Shown here: positions 20,111 to 29,137 of the stretch, one piece after another | How positions within the stretch are numbered: position 1 is the first letter of the stretch | How the letters are laid out: every line of letters begins with the position of its first letter | IMG/VR virus record: IMGVR_UViG_3300036831_000092 | Location: 1 to 58,047 of that record | Source: a virus | Taxonomy: Duplodnaviria; Caudoviricetes | DNA: 58,047 nt | Strand: one strand, 5' to 3' | Notes under the pieces: model-generated | The model's database searches: none | The model's input: the letters and a program-made list of their open reading frames with translations, nothing else | Told to the model about the DNA's origin: nothing | Program-made: the position numbers and the translations under genes

Positions 20111-20582
20111 AGATTTTTTCGATTGCGTCCGCGACAGGCTGCATCAGGGGAGTGCCATCGGGGTTTGAATGTTCCACACGTTCTCTGTATTTCTCCGGTC
20201 TGTGCGCCTTTAGCAAAAGCGTCATCAGCGAATCGCTGTACTCGGTGATGACCTTCTCCGCCACCTTATCCCCCTGAAACATGATCGGCTCATGCCTCGT
20301 CACTCCGTCTCTGGCCCGCCGCCACGCCGCGGCCTCCAAAGAATCCACCGCCTCTTCTAATGCTTCGTCCCACTGACGGCTGAACTCTTCCGAGGCATCG
20401 CGCGCCTTGTAAGCCGTCGTCCTGTTAATTCCCGCCGCCTGACACGACGCCCGCACGTTCCCCGAATTTCTGAGGGCGTTCAAAAACAACGGCCTCCAAA
20501 TATCTGCCCTCACGCGCTTTTCCCGCGCGCGTTGGGGTGTCGAAAGTGTCGAATCCGGTTTTTCGTTAGATTTATTGCTCAT
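20085..20582 (-). CDS. terS: Terminase small subunit
   Basis: HTH 'GNVRASCQAAGINRTTAY' and 'YSDSLMTLLLKAHRPEKYRE'. Confidence 0.88.
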   Translation of the reverse strand: MSNKSNEKPDSTLSTPQRAREKRVRADIWRPLFLNALRNSGNVRASCQAAGINRTTAYKARDASEEFSRQWDEALEEAVDSLEAAAWRRARDGVTRHEPIMFQGDKVAEKVITEYSDSLMTLLLKAHRPEKYRERVEHSNPDGTPLMQPVADAIEKIYGAASETD

Positions 20583-20629
20583 TTCTTCGTTAAATCATTG
20601 ATTTTGTTGGACTTGCAAGCATTTTTCTG

Positions 20630-20658
20630 TTGACAAGCATCACTCATCTGACTATACT
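20630..20658 (+). promoter_or_regulatory. Consensus sigma70 promoter of antisense cassette A
   Basis: TTGACA-N17-TATACT. Confidence 0.8.
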
Positions 20659-20705
20659 TAACTTGTTGATGGCGTTGAACTTGCAGGTTTCCCGGGAGAA
20701 TAAAA

Positions 20706-20909
20706 GTGATGACAAACCAAAACGAGCGAGTCCAAACGATAGTGACCGAACGCACGGTCATCGAAGTGACACAATTGGGCCGAGGCTGCACAGGCAAAAT
20801 CGTTGACAGCACTTCCCCGCTCTTCGGGCAGGAAGTGTTCGGCGACCGCTGGTTCGTCATCGCGGAACTAGACTCCCGCGCGAAGGCGGAGCAGGGGGTG
20901 GCACTGTGA
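20706..20909 (+). CDS. Small hypothetical protein
   Basis: Downstream of promoter, GGAG RBS. Confidence 0.5.
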   Translation: MMTNQNERVQTIVTERTVIEVTQLGRGCTGKIVDSTSPLFGQEVFGDRWFVIAELDSRAKAEQGVAL

Positions 20910-21094
20910 AAATAATCAGCACCGCCAGCGGCGACGTGACGCTCAGGGAGTATGTGCGGGCGTGGCGCGCGGTCAAAGCCGCACCTTCCGGCACGGCCTT
21001 CAAGTCCTCTCTTTGCGGCTGGTGGCCGGCGTCGCGCGAAGAGATTCTGCGGCAGTTCATCGCCGGCCTCCACGACAGAATCAATAAACGCTGA
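20906..21094 (+). CDS. Small hypothetical protein
   Basis: GTGA-coupled to upstream ORF. Confidence 0.55.
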   Translation: MKIISTASGDVTLREYVRAWRAVKAAPSGTAFKSSLCGWWPASREEILRQFIAGLHDRINKR

Positions 21095-21109
21095 AGAAAG
21101 GAACGAACG

Positions 21110-21940
21110 ATGAACAGACCAACTCTCAACCCCGACGGCCACTCCGTCAAAGGATGCTCCATCATTTACGCCCCAGCCGGTCAAGCCGGGGAATATGCCA
21201 AGCTCGCGGCAAATCCCTACAGAGGGTGCGGGCACGAATGCCTCTACTGCTACGTGCCGCTCGTCCTCAAGATGGATCGCAAACTCTTCGACGCCGGAGC
21301 AGTCCCGCGCGACGGGTTCGTTGGCAAACTCAGGAAGGACGCCGCGAAATACCGGGCACTCGGAATCACCGAGCAGGTCATGCTTTCCTTCACGACCGAC
21401 CCATATCATCCCGGCGACACGGCCTTGACTCGGCAGACGATTGAGACGCTGATCGAATACGGCCTCTCGTTCTGCACGCTCACCAAAGGCGGGACGCGCG
21501 CGCTCAGAGACATTGGCCTCTTCAGGCCAGAGCGCGACGCCTTCGCCTCGACGTTGACGAGTCTCGACGATTCCGTTTCGCTCAAGTGGGAGCGAAACGC
21601 CGCGCTGCCCGCAGACAGGATTGCGGCTCTGAGGGCTTTTCACGAACGAGGCATCTACACGTGGGTTTCGCTCGAACCCGTGTACGACACCGAGGCGACG
21701 CTGGAGATAATCAGAGCATGTGCCCCATTCGTGAATCTCTTCAAGTTGGGGCGCATCAACTACAATCCCATGACGAAGAGGATTGACTGGAAAGACTTCA
21801 CGGCGCGCGCCCTGGACGTGCTGAACGAGTGCGGCGCAGAGCACTACATCAAGCGCGACCTTCAGCCCTACCTTCCCGAAGAATACGAGAACGTGAAGTA
21901 CAGAAATCAATTCGCGCCCCTTTCGAGCCGAGCCGCGTAG
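21110..21940 (+). CDS. Radical SAM protein (SplB-like)
   Basis: NPYRGCGHECLYCY (CxxxCxxC), TDPY, LTK, SLEP motifs. Confidence 0.88.
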   Translation: MNRPTLNPDGHSVKGCSIIYAPAGQAGEYAKLAANPYRGCGHECLYCYVPLVLKMDRKLFDAGAVPRDGFVGKLRKDAAKYRALGITEQVMLSFTTDPYHPGDTALTRQTIETLIEYGLSFCTLTKGGTRALRDIGLFRPERDAFASTLTSLDDSVSLKWERNAALPADRIAALRAFHERGIYTWVSLEPVYDTEATLEIIRACAPFVNLFKLGRINYNPMTKRIDWKDFTARALDVLNECGAEHYIKRDLQPYLPEEYENVKYRNQFAPLSSRAA

Positions 21941-22512
21941 TGGGCCATGTTCTGCTGAAAACCGCAGTAGTAGCCCCGAAAGCCTCTCAGGTCATAACCG
22001 ACCTGAGAGGCTTTCGCCTTTAGAAGTTCCTCACAGACACCCAAATAGCACCCGTACAGATCGTTCCCGTATGACGCGACCAGCGGCGCGAGTTGAGCTA
22101 TCTTCCATGCCGTCTTCATCTTTATATTCACTCTCAGGCCGTCGTTGACGACTATCCAAAGCTTCTCGGCCTTCGGCCTCTCGCTGAACAGGAAAGCATC
22201 AATCACATCCCACGGGCTGCCGTATGGATCACAGTCAAGCAGATTAACCGGCAGGTGTGCGCCCGCACCTTCCGCAATAGAGCGCGTAGAATCACATTCA
22301 TAGACACTCCACGTTTGGCGTTGGCGCGAAAGAAGCGACGCTTTTTCTGGGTTCTTCTCAAAAACCACCCCCTGCTTAATATCCGAGTAGCACGCCTGAT
22401 AAATCTTCCCCGCGCCGCCGTGCGTCTCTAGTACGACGGGCTGCGGGATTTCCTTCAGTGCCGAAAGTCTCAGCGCGACCTTGCGGTTAAATGTTTGGTT
22501 GTCCTTTTTCAC
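21907..22512 (-). CDS. Class I SAM methyltransferase-like protein (Trm1/TcmP-like)
   Basis: VLETHGGAG motif I; DCDPYGSP motif IV. Confidence 0.7.
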   Translation of the reverse strand: MKKDNQTFNRKVALRLSALKEIPQPVVLETHGGAGKIYQACYSDIKQGVVFEKNPEKASLLSRQRQTWSVYECDSTRSIAEGAGAHLPVNLLDCDPYGSPWDVIDAFLFSERPKAEKLWIVVNDGLRVNIKMKTAWKIAQLAPLVASYGNDLYGCYLGVCEELLKAKASQVGYDLRGFRGYYCGFQQNMAHYAARLERGAN

Positions 22513-23128
22513 TCAGGTAAAAAGTTGCCAGTTCCGCCAACGCGTCTCCGCGATTTTCATATCCCGTCTCGCGCAAAGCTCTTTCTATGACTGCCAGATT
22601 GTGAACCGCCACAACGACTTTCACGTCCGGCATCTTCTTTCTCGTCAGCCGCTCGCCCTCTTTTTCACCACCACCGTTCTCCGAAAAAGTCTCTGCCTCT
22701 ACGGAGAGCGTTTCGAGCATCAGAGACACGGCGTCATCTTCAGCCGATACGTCGCGCAACAAAATTTCAAGCGTTTCCGAGTCATGTACTGCCATCGCAC
22801 TTAGCGGGTCGTAAGTAGCAAGTAACAGCTTTTCCTCTTCCTCGCTCAAGTCCACCTGTACGCAGGGGATCGGCGTCAACTCGTCAGCCGACAGTGCTTC
22901 CTCAATTCGCAAGTGGCCGTCCAGGAGATTTCCCGTGCGGACGTTCTCAAGGACTGCACCAGCAAAACCTATTTCCGCGAGTACGCCCCTGAAAGCTTCG
23001 CGTTGCGCGTTCGGGTGACGACGGAAATTCAGGGCGTTCGCGGTGAATTGGTTGGCAGGTTTCTCTGTGAAGCCCACAACCCTATTGCGCCACGCTGAGC
23101 CACCAACTTTTCGCGTCGTCTTTTTCAC
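22487..23128 (-). CDS. ParB/Srx N-terminal domain protein
   Basis: 'NFRRHP', 'TGNLLDGHLR'. Confidence 0.8.
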   Translation of the reverse strand: MKKTTRKVGGSAWRNRVVGFTEKPANQFTANALNFRRHPNAQREAFRGVLAEIGFAGAVLENVRTGNLLDGHLRIEEALSADELTPIPCVQVDLSEEEEKLLLATYDPLSAMAVHDSETLEILLRDVSAEDDAVSLMLETLSVEAETFSENGGGEKEGERLTRKKMPDVKVVVAVHNLAVIERALRETGYENRGDALAELATFYLSEKGQPNI

Positions 23129-23258
23129 TTCTTTGCCTCTCGCTCCCTCTGCTTCTTCTCAATCATCTTCACCAGCTCTTTATCCGACACCCTGGCAATC
23201 CTCAACCGTCCGTAGCGAGGTTGTTTGGCCTTTTGTTTGGCGCGCAGCTGCTTGGCGT

Positions 23259-23759
23259 TCATCGCTCTCTACGCTCCTGGGTGACAGAAGTGTGAATCCC
23301 ATCCGGCAAGGCTAATTGGGCAAGCACGCGGTCTTCCTCGCCGCACAAATCATCGTAGTATTTGAATTCAAAAAGGGGCGGCTCAATTTTCGCGACGCTC
23401 ATAAGTGCGCGGAGTTTGCCGATGTGCGCTTGCAATTCCTGAACGTGCGCCAAGGCGTTATGCTTGCTGGCACGCACCAGAACCAACTGTTGCGCGGCGT
23501 AGTTGATGCGCTCTCTGAGAAAAGCACTCTCCCGGTCTTCGCTTCTGGCACGCCTGGAATTGACCTCTCGCAAGAGGCCGGGGAGCGCCGCGAAAAAGGC
23601 GGCCAGGACAGCAGAGACGAGTCCGATGGCCGCCACGTCAAGCGTGCGGTCTCCGATGAATTCCCCAATGAAAAACGTCATCCCTCCCGCGAAAGATGCT
23701 GCTTTCAGGAGCGGCGCGACCTTTAAGCTAACGGGGATATTTTGCACTCTCGCGGCCAT
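23259..23759 (-). CDS. Membrane protein with coiled coil (lysis-related?)
   Basis: Two hydrophobic segments at N-terminus. Confidence 0.5.
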   Translation of the reverse strand: MAARVQNIPVSLKVAPLLKAASFAGGMTFFIGEFIGDRTLDVAAIGLVSAVLAAFFAALPGLLREVNSRRARSEDRESAFLRERINYAAQQLVLVRASKHNALAHVQELQAHIGKLRALMSVAKIEPPLFEFKYYDDLCGEEDRVLAQLALPDGIHTSVTQERRER

Positions 23760-23951
23760 TCTCAGCCCTTGACATTCTCTTGCGCCCGCTTCTCTTCCTG
23801 CTCAGCCTCGGGCTTCACCTCGCCTCTTAGCTCGTCTTCGTCCAGTGGACGAACGCGCGGTGTTTCTTTCTCTTCAGTCACTCTTACCCTCCACAGACTT
23901 CCCGTATACGAAATGGTGTGCGAAAATAGTTGACGAACGTGAATAATTCTC

Positions 23952-23980
23952 TTGACAGAAATCGTTTACGAGCGTAAACT
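23952..23980 (+). promoter_or_regulatory. Promoter of cassette B with overlapping palindrome
   Basis: TTGACA-N17-TAAACT; GTTTACG-AG-CGTAAAC dyad over -10. Confidence 0.7.
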
Positions 23981-24027
23981 GATTCCACGCTCGATTGAGC
24001 GAATTTGAAGAGAAGAGGAAAAAGACA

Positions 24028-24378
24028 ATGGCGAGCAAATTTTTCAACACCCCGCACCAAACGACAAGACCGCAAGACTTGACGCGCGAAGACGAAACAA
24101 ACCGACGTGTCAAAGAGATTGCTGACGAGATAGTTGAACTGCGCCGCAAGGTGCGTGGTTTGAAGTTGGACGAACTCACAGAGCGCAATCCTTACGGGTT
24201 GGCGCTTGAGGACGAAACCTACAAAGCAGCGCGAGAGCTTGATTACGAGCGCGAGAACGTCGCAATCGCCGCACACGACGTTGACGAGGCGCTTTCTACT
24301 CTGAGCCAAATGCTGTGCGCTTTCGCGCGCGGCAGAGAACTCGAATTGAGCCTTAAAGAGAAAGAGGAGCAATCGTGA
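24028..24378 (+). CDS. Coiled-coil hypothetical protein
   Basis: AGAGG RBS; ORF track. Confidence 0.6.
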   Translation: MASKFFNTPHQTTRPQDLTREDETNRRVKEIADEIVELRRKVRGLKLDELTERNPYGLALEDETYKAARELDYERENVAIAAHDVDEALSTLSQMLCAFARGRELELSLKEKEEQS

Positions 24379-24581
24379 AAAAAGAAGACCTGATGACGGT
24401 CGGCATGGTCGCGCGAGAGCTAGGAATCTCGCGCGAACGTGTCCATCACAAGCGGCGCGCGGGACACTTCCCCTCAGCTTTTCAGCTTGAGGACGGGACG
24501 TGGTTAATAGACAGGAAAGACCTCGCGCAAAATCGCCAGCCCAATCCGGTTGGGCGTCCGAAGAAAGAGGCAAAGAAGTGA
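24375..24581 (+). CDS. HTH DNA-binding protein
   Basis: 'MTVGMVARELGISRERV..GTWLI..GRPKK'. Confidence 0.75.
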   Translation: MKKEDLMTVGMVARELGISRERVHHKRRAGHFPSAFQLEDGTWLIDRKDLAQNRQPNPVGRPKKEAKK

Positions 24582-24702
24582 CCTGCGAAGCCTGCGGCGG
24601 CAGATTGAAGCTCGACAAGCAAGTGTCCGACGGCGACCCGAACGGCACGACCGTGGAACAATACGAGTGCGAGGACTGCGGCGATTTATCGGTGGAGGAC
24701 TC

Positions 24703-24951
24703 GTGACCTACGACCCCAAACCCGTCGAAGGACACCGCCTCGCCCTCACCCGCCGCGTCGTCCACCTGATCCGGCTCTTCGAGGCGGGCGACACGCTCTC
24801 GCAGTCTGAGCTGGCCCGCGCCTTCGAGGTCTCGCCCAAGACAGTTAATCGTTATTTGAAAGTCCTGCAAGAGTTCTACCCGATCAATCGTATCAAGCGC
24901 GGGCGCGAGGTCTTCTTCAGGCTTGAACGCCCGCGCAAAAGGCGCAAATGA
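24703..24951 (+). CDS. Winged HTH (HTH_11-like) protein
   Basis: 'ELARAFEVSPKTVNRYLKVL'; GGAGG RBS. Confidence 0.7.
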   Translation: MTYDPKPVEGHRLALTRRVVHLIRLFEAGDTLSQSELARAFEVSPKTVNRYLKVLQEFYPINRIKRGREVFFRLERPRKRRK

Positions 24952-25107
24952 GATTCTGGGCCTCACCCTCTTATTACGCGCCCGCCGCATTCTCCTTTCG
25001 TAAAAATAAGTTTCTCCCCGCGAAAATAACTGTTGACAAGTTGGTTTCTTTGTGCGAAACTCTTTCTTGTCAGGGCGAAAGCCAAACTTGAAAGAGGAGA
25101 AACGAAA

Positions 25108-25386
25108 ATGGCTAAGAAAGATTGGAATCAGGACGGCCCCGGCGCGGTTCACGTTTCGGATGGTACGGAAGGCTACTGGACAGACGATTTCGACCCCGAA
25201 ACCGAGTCTCTTAAGAGTCTCGCAGACGACTTCGCGGACGGCTACAACTTCAACGACTGGACGTGCGGCGCTGACGAAATCGCTCTTTCGGTCACGGTCA
25301 CGAATACGACGACGGGCGAGAGCGAGAGTTTTAATTATCGCGGCTCCTACTTCGGCATGAACGGAGGCGCGGAAGATGAGAATTAA
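25108..25386 (+). CDS. Acidic hypothetical protein (cassette C)
   Basis: GAGGAG RBS; TTGACA at 25033 upstream. Confidence 0.6.
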   Translation: MAKKDWNQDGPGAVHVSDGTEGYWTDDFDPETESLKSLADDFADGYNFNDWTCGADEIALSVTVTNTTTGESESFNYRGSYFGMNGGAEDEN

Positions 25387-25579
25387 GACGGCTGAAACCG
25401 TAGCCGACGAGCTGGGGGTAACGCCCCAGCTCGTCAATAAGCTGATACGGAAATTGGGCATCACGCGCGCCGACTGCCCCTGTTGCGGGGCAAAAGAACG
25501 GGGCATCACTGATGCGGACGTGAAGAAAATCGAAAAGAGAAAGACCAGCAAAGGCCCGACGAAAGGAGCAAAGGAGTGA
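25376..25579 (+). CDS. HTH protein with CPCC motif
   Basis: 'VADELGVTPQLVNKLIRKLG'. Confidence 0.6.
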   Translation: MRIKTAETVADELGVTPQLVNKLIRKLGITRADCPCCGAKERGITDADVKKIEKRKTSKGPTKGAKE

Positions 25580-25806
25580 TAAACAAAGAACAATTTATCG
25601 AGGGCGAGGAGCGCGCGGAATGGTTCGGTCATAGACACGCGCACTCGTATGTTTTCCACAACGGCGCGTGGACGCGCGGACGCTGTATCCTGTACGGCGA
25701 CGGCACTTGCGATTCCATTTGGAATAGCAAAGAGTTTGCCGCCGCCGCGCCTCTCGCGCAGACGGCAGAGGAGTGGGAACGGGAAGTGCGGGCGCAACGC
25801 GCCTAA
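25576..25806 (+). CDS. Hypothetical protein
   Basis: Coupled start, AAGGAG RBS. Confidence 0.5.
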   Translation: MINKEQFIEGEERAEWFGHRHAHSYVFHNGAWTRGRCILYGDGTCDSIWNSKEFAAAAPLAQTAEEWEREVRAQRA

Positions 25807-25988
25807 AAAACAACCCATCTTCGTGAGCCTCACCCTCACTCTTCTACCCTTCCGCGTCCGCCGCCAAATCAGCCAATAGCTGAATCATGTTCGCCTTCTC
25901 CGTCTCACCAGCCTTCGCCGTCAACTCTTCATCCGACAAGCCGGAGGAAGCCTTGATTCTCGCGTAGAGATTCACCGCCCCGCTCTGC

Positions 25989-26186
25989 TTATCCCTGACT
26001 CGTCGTGTCCGCGTGCGGCAGAGGCGGCGCAACGTCACCCGCCGGATGCTGCTCTGCCGGGTAGAGTTGATTGAGCGCGTCTCTCAAGGGCACGAGGTAC
26101 TGCTTCCATGCCGCGACGTGCTGCGGGTATCGTCCAGACAGAAGTGAGAGCACGAGAGCGACGACCATAGAAATGTAGATTTGCAT
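25989..26186 (-). CDS. Small membrane-anchored late protein
   Basis: N-terminal hydrophobic helix; GGAAGG RBS. Confidence 0.5.
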   Translation of the reverse strand: MQIYISMVVALVLSLLSGRYPQHVAAWKQYLVPLRDALNQLYPAEQHPAGDVAPPLPHADTTSQG

Positions 26187-26196
26187 AACCTTCCTT

Positions 26197-26427
26197 TCAA
26201 GTGTTGATGTTCGTTTCCTTCGACTGCCCGACCGTAGCCTGCGAAGACTTCAGCAACCCGCCAAGCACGCCGATCATCACGAGCAGTATGTTTTCGAGGA
26301 ACTTGGTATCGAGTCCTTTAATCGCCAATGTTATGTAAGCGACCAAAAGGAGGAAGCAGAAGGCCGCCGCGATGTAGCGATCTTTGATGGAAAGGGTTGC
26401 CGAGTCGCCAGCCATCACCTTCACCAC
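26197..26427 (-). CDS. Holin-like protein
   Basis: Two TM segments; first gene of late operon. Confidence 0.55.
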   Translation of the reverse strand: MVKVMAGDSATLSIKDRYIAAAFCFLLLVAYITLAIKGLDTKFLENILLVMIGVLGGLLKSSQATVGQSKETNINT

Positions 26428-26432
26428 AAACG

Positions 26433-26475
26433 AAAAAAGCCCGCCCCGGAAGTCTTTCGACTTCGGAAGCGAGCT
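26433..26475 (-). terminator. Intrinsic terminator ahead of late operon
   Basis: Stem with GAAA loop followed by TTTTTT. Confidence 0.7.
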
Positions 26476-26594
26476 GGCCCCGAAGGGCGGACACTCGATA
26501 TTAGTTAGTAAAGAACAACCTCAAATCAGAATAAGCCGAAGCGGGCGATTAATCGGCTTTTCGTTCCCGCGACAGGTAATCCCGGCACTGTCGC

Positions 26595-26813
26595 TTATTC
26601 TGATTTCAAATTGTAACGACGTTTGATGTCGTCAATCATCCGCTGATGTTTCAAGATAACTTGCTGGCAGATGCCGATCAACCCGCGCGCGAACCTCTGC
26701 TCTTCCTCGGTTGGCGCGCGCTCTTCGGACTCTATTGTACTAGAGTCCGAGGGTTTGGGGGAAAGAATTTTGCGCTCGTCGGTCACAATTCTGTAGTTAT
26801 ACCTCTGTCGCAT
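26595..26813 (-). CDS. Hypothetical protein (possible late regulator)
   Basis: Last early ORF before late leader. Confidence 0.4.
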   Translation of the reverse strand: MRQRYNYRIVTDERKILSPKPSDSSTIESEERAPTEEEQRFARGLIGICQQVILKHQRMIDDIKRRYNLKSE

Positions 26814-27195
26814 TACGAACGCGACACTCGTATCCGCACTTTATGCAATAGCGAAACACTACCTCCGCATCACAACATTCCGACCGAAGTTTCGTAAGCT
26901 TGGTCAACTTCTCATCAAATCCCGGAAAGCGATTCCCCGGCTTCCAATCATTCGCCTTTAGCTCAATGAATCGCATCTCTGCGTCTGGAAAATGTTTCTT
27001 GATGGCAGCGATGATGCGCGCTTCCGCATCTTTATCGTCCGTGTCAATCACAGCGCAATATGATTCTTCATCGCGTCCGGTTTTCTTCGTATCCGTTCTG
27101 CCTCTGATTCCAGAACACCATGAGTCGAAGGGCGGTTTTGTGCATCCCTCGTCGGCGTAATTCCCTGACCACCAACTAACCCAAAATCGCGCCAT
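26797..27195 (-). CDS. Hypothetical phage protein
   Basis: ORF track; AAAGG RBS. Confidence 0.55.
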   Translation of the reverse strand: MARFWVSWWSGNYADEGCTKPPFDSWCSGIRGRTDTKKTGRDEESYCAVIDTDDKDAEARIIAAIKKHFPDAEMRFIELKANDWKPGNRFPGFDEKLTKLTKLRSECCDAEVVFRYCIKCGYECRVRNATEV

Positions 27196-27225
27196 GACCT
27201 TTTCCTTTCGCTCGCATGTTCCTGC

Positions 27226-27537
27226 CTATCCGAAAAGTTGCTCCACCAAAGAACGGGCAGCCTCAATCGTCATGGGCTTATAATCTTTGACGTTCACATA
27301 GAACGCCGCCTCTCGTTCGGCCAACCTTGAGAACACCCGCTCCAACAGCGCGCACTTGTCACACAACAGGTATGAGCCGGCGGCGCAGTTTTCAAGATAG
27401 ATGCCCTGCACGATCTCAAGGGCTTCGCGCACAGCTTCTAGCTCTTTGTCCTCGCACCTCTCGCACGGATCGGACTCCGTAAATCCCAACCCCTCGCCGC
27501 AGACGGAGCAGGGCTTTCGTTGGTAGCCGTCAGCCAT
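27226..27537 (-). CDS. Cys-rich hypothetical protein
   Basis: GGAG RBS; CxxC pairs. Confidence 0.5.
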   Translation of the reverse strand: MADGYQRKPCSVCGEGLGFTESDPCERCEDKELEAVREALEIVQGIYLENCAAGSYLLCDKCALLERVFSRLAEREAAFYVNVKDYKPMTIEAARSLVEQLFG

Positions 27538-27581
27538 CTTGTGTCTCCACCTCCTTCGGCTCCGGTACGCTGAACAGGACG

Positions 27582-27821
27582 CTAGATTCGCTCGTGTTCA
27601 GGAATCTCAAAATACTTTTGCGAATGTCCGATATGCCAACGGTTACAGAATCCGCATTGATATTTATCGAATGGCTCACCTGTTTTCTTCTGCATTGAGA
27701 GTCGCGCCTTCTCTGCCGCTTCAGCGTTTGCGTGTGGTAATTTACCTATGCAACTTCTCGCCTCGTCACGCACAGCGTAATCGTATTCATCGTGATAGGT
27801 TCTAAACTTGACGGTTGCCAT
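27582..27821 (-). CDS. Zn-finger hypothetical protein
   Basis: C.GK..YQCGFCNRWHIGH motif. Confidence 0.6.
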   Translation of the reverse strand: MATVKFRTYHDEYDYAVRDEARSCIGKLPHANAEAAEKARLSMQKKTGEPFDKYQCGFCNRWHIGHSQKYFEIPEHERI

Positions 27822-27943
27822 AGCACTTACTTCCCTCGCTTCCTCTCCGCCAATACTTCCGCCACAGCCTCCGCCCTGCATATACCCTTAGCGCAGTCCG
27901 GACAGACCGAGCCTAACTTGGCGTTAGCATCCGATTGACCACG

Positions 27944-28273
27944 TTAGTTCTTAGCCTCGCCTTCAAGGAATCCCGACCGCATTGCACCTTCAACAGTCAT
28001 CGGAATATACCTACGGGGTCTGGCCTTTATCGGCACGACGGAAGGATGATTACCCTTCGCGTTTTCGCTCGTCAGAAGCGAGTCCATTCGACGCTTCCAA
28101 CGCCCAAGTTCGCCGTCGGGGTCGGGGTCAATCGGTTCTTCATTCGGGTGCAGTTCGTTCCAATACTTCGCGTCCACGAACATCTGCTTGATGTCATTCG
28201 AGATGCGCGCGGCATCGTTGATTATCTTCTGCCGTTCAGCGTCCATCTGCTCTAACCTCCCTCGCGCCTTCAT
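27944..28273 (-). CDS. Hypothetical protein
   Basis: ATGA-coupled to methylase. Confidence 0.5.
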   Translation of the reverse strand: MKARGRLEQMDAERQKIINDAARISNDIKQMFVDAKYWNELHPNEEPIDPDPDGELGRWKRRMDSLLTSENAKGNHPSVVPIKARPRRYIPMTVEGAMRSGFLEGEAKN

Positions 28274-28980
28274 CTCCCCTGACTGCCCTCCGCGAATAGG
28301 GGCGTCTCTATCTCGCGGCGGTGGAAGCGGGGGATGTCAACCGCTATTCCCTGCGCCCTTTGAATCCTCGCCTCCGCGACGCGGCAGTAGCCTTCGTCAA
28401 TCTCAACACCGATAAACTCATGTCCCTCAAGCACGGCGGCCACACCCGTAGAACCGCTGCCCATATATGGGTCGAGAATTGTTGAACGAGGCGGCAACCT
28501 CAATCGCCTGATAATCCAACGTATGAGTGCCACTGGTTTCTGCGTCGGATGGTAGTGTTCGTTAGTTTCTGAGGCGCGCGCGAAACCCGACCAGCAGTGC
28601 CCAAAGATGTAAACGCCGTGGCCGCGTGAGTACCACGCCACCTCTGCGTCGGAGAGAATCGTCCCACCTTTTGTCGTCCGCTTGTCCCAGACAAACCAGC
28701 TCCCGCATGGAAGGCGGTCGCTGAAGCAGTTGGCCCCGAAAAGCACGGCGCGGGGGAAGACGAGCCAAGGCGACGGGTCGAAGGGTTCGGCGTCTCCGCT
28801 AATCGCGTCGTGAGTCTTTCGCAGGTGTTCGTAACCTTTACCGCCCGAAAATCTTGTGTAATCTGTATCGTGGCCGACGCCGTATGGCGGGTCTGTCACG
28901 CACGCATCAACGACGACGCCCCGCTCGATAAGCCTCGGCATCAATGCCAAACAATCGTCGTTGTGAATCTCGTACTTCAT
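28270..28980 (-). CDS. Orphan N6A/N4C DNA methyltransferase (beta class)
   Basis: TDPPYG, HPTQKP, DPYMGSGSTG motifs. Confidence 0.93.
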   Translation of the reverse strand: MKYEIHNDDCLALMPRLIERGVVVDACVTDPPYGVGHDTDYTRFSGGKGYEHLRKTHDAISGDAEPFDPSPWLVFPRAVLFGANCFSDRLPCGSWFVWDKRTTKGGTILSDAEVAWYSRGHGVYIFGHCWSGFARASETNEHYHPTQKPVALIRWIIRRLRLPPRSTILDPYMGSGSTGVAAVLEGHEFIGVEIDEGYCRVAEARIQRAQGIAVDIPRFHRREIETPLFAEGSQGR

Positions 28981-29137
28981 ACAGTGGGCGGATTCTCAAA
29001 TCCGCCACCCCTTAACTAACGCTTGCCGGTTCTTCTCCTCATCTCCCCAAATACTTATCCAAACATCTCCCCCTGCCTCGGAGCGTGTGAGAGCAGCTCA
29101 TTTCGTAACTCACCCAGGTCAAGCATGACCAATTACC

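Noticed and set aside
23259-26427. Complete lysis cassette
   Set aside because: Only holin-like membrane proteins seen; no endolysin motif recognised, and it may lie beyond the left edge
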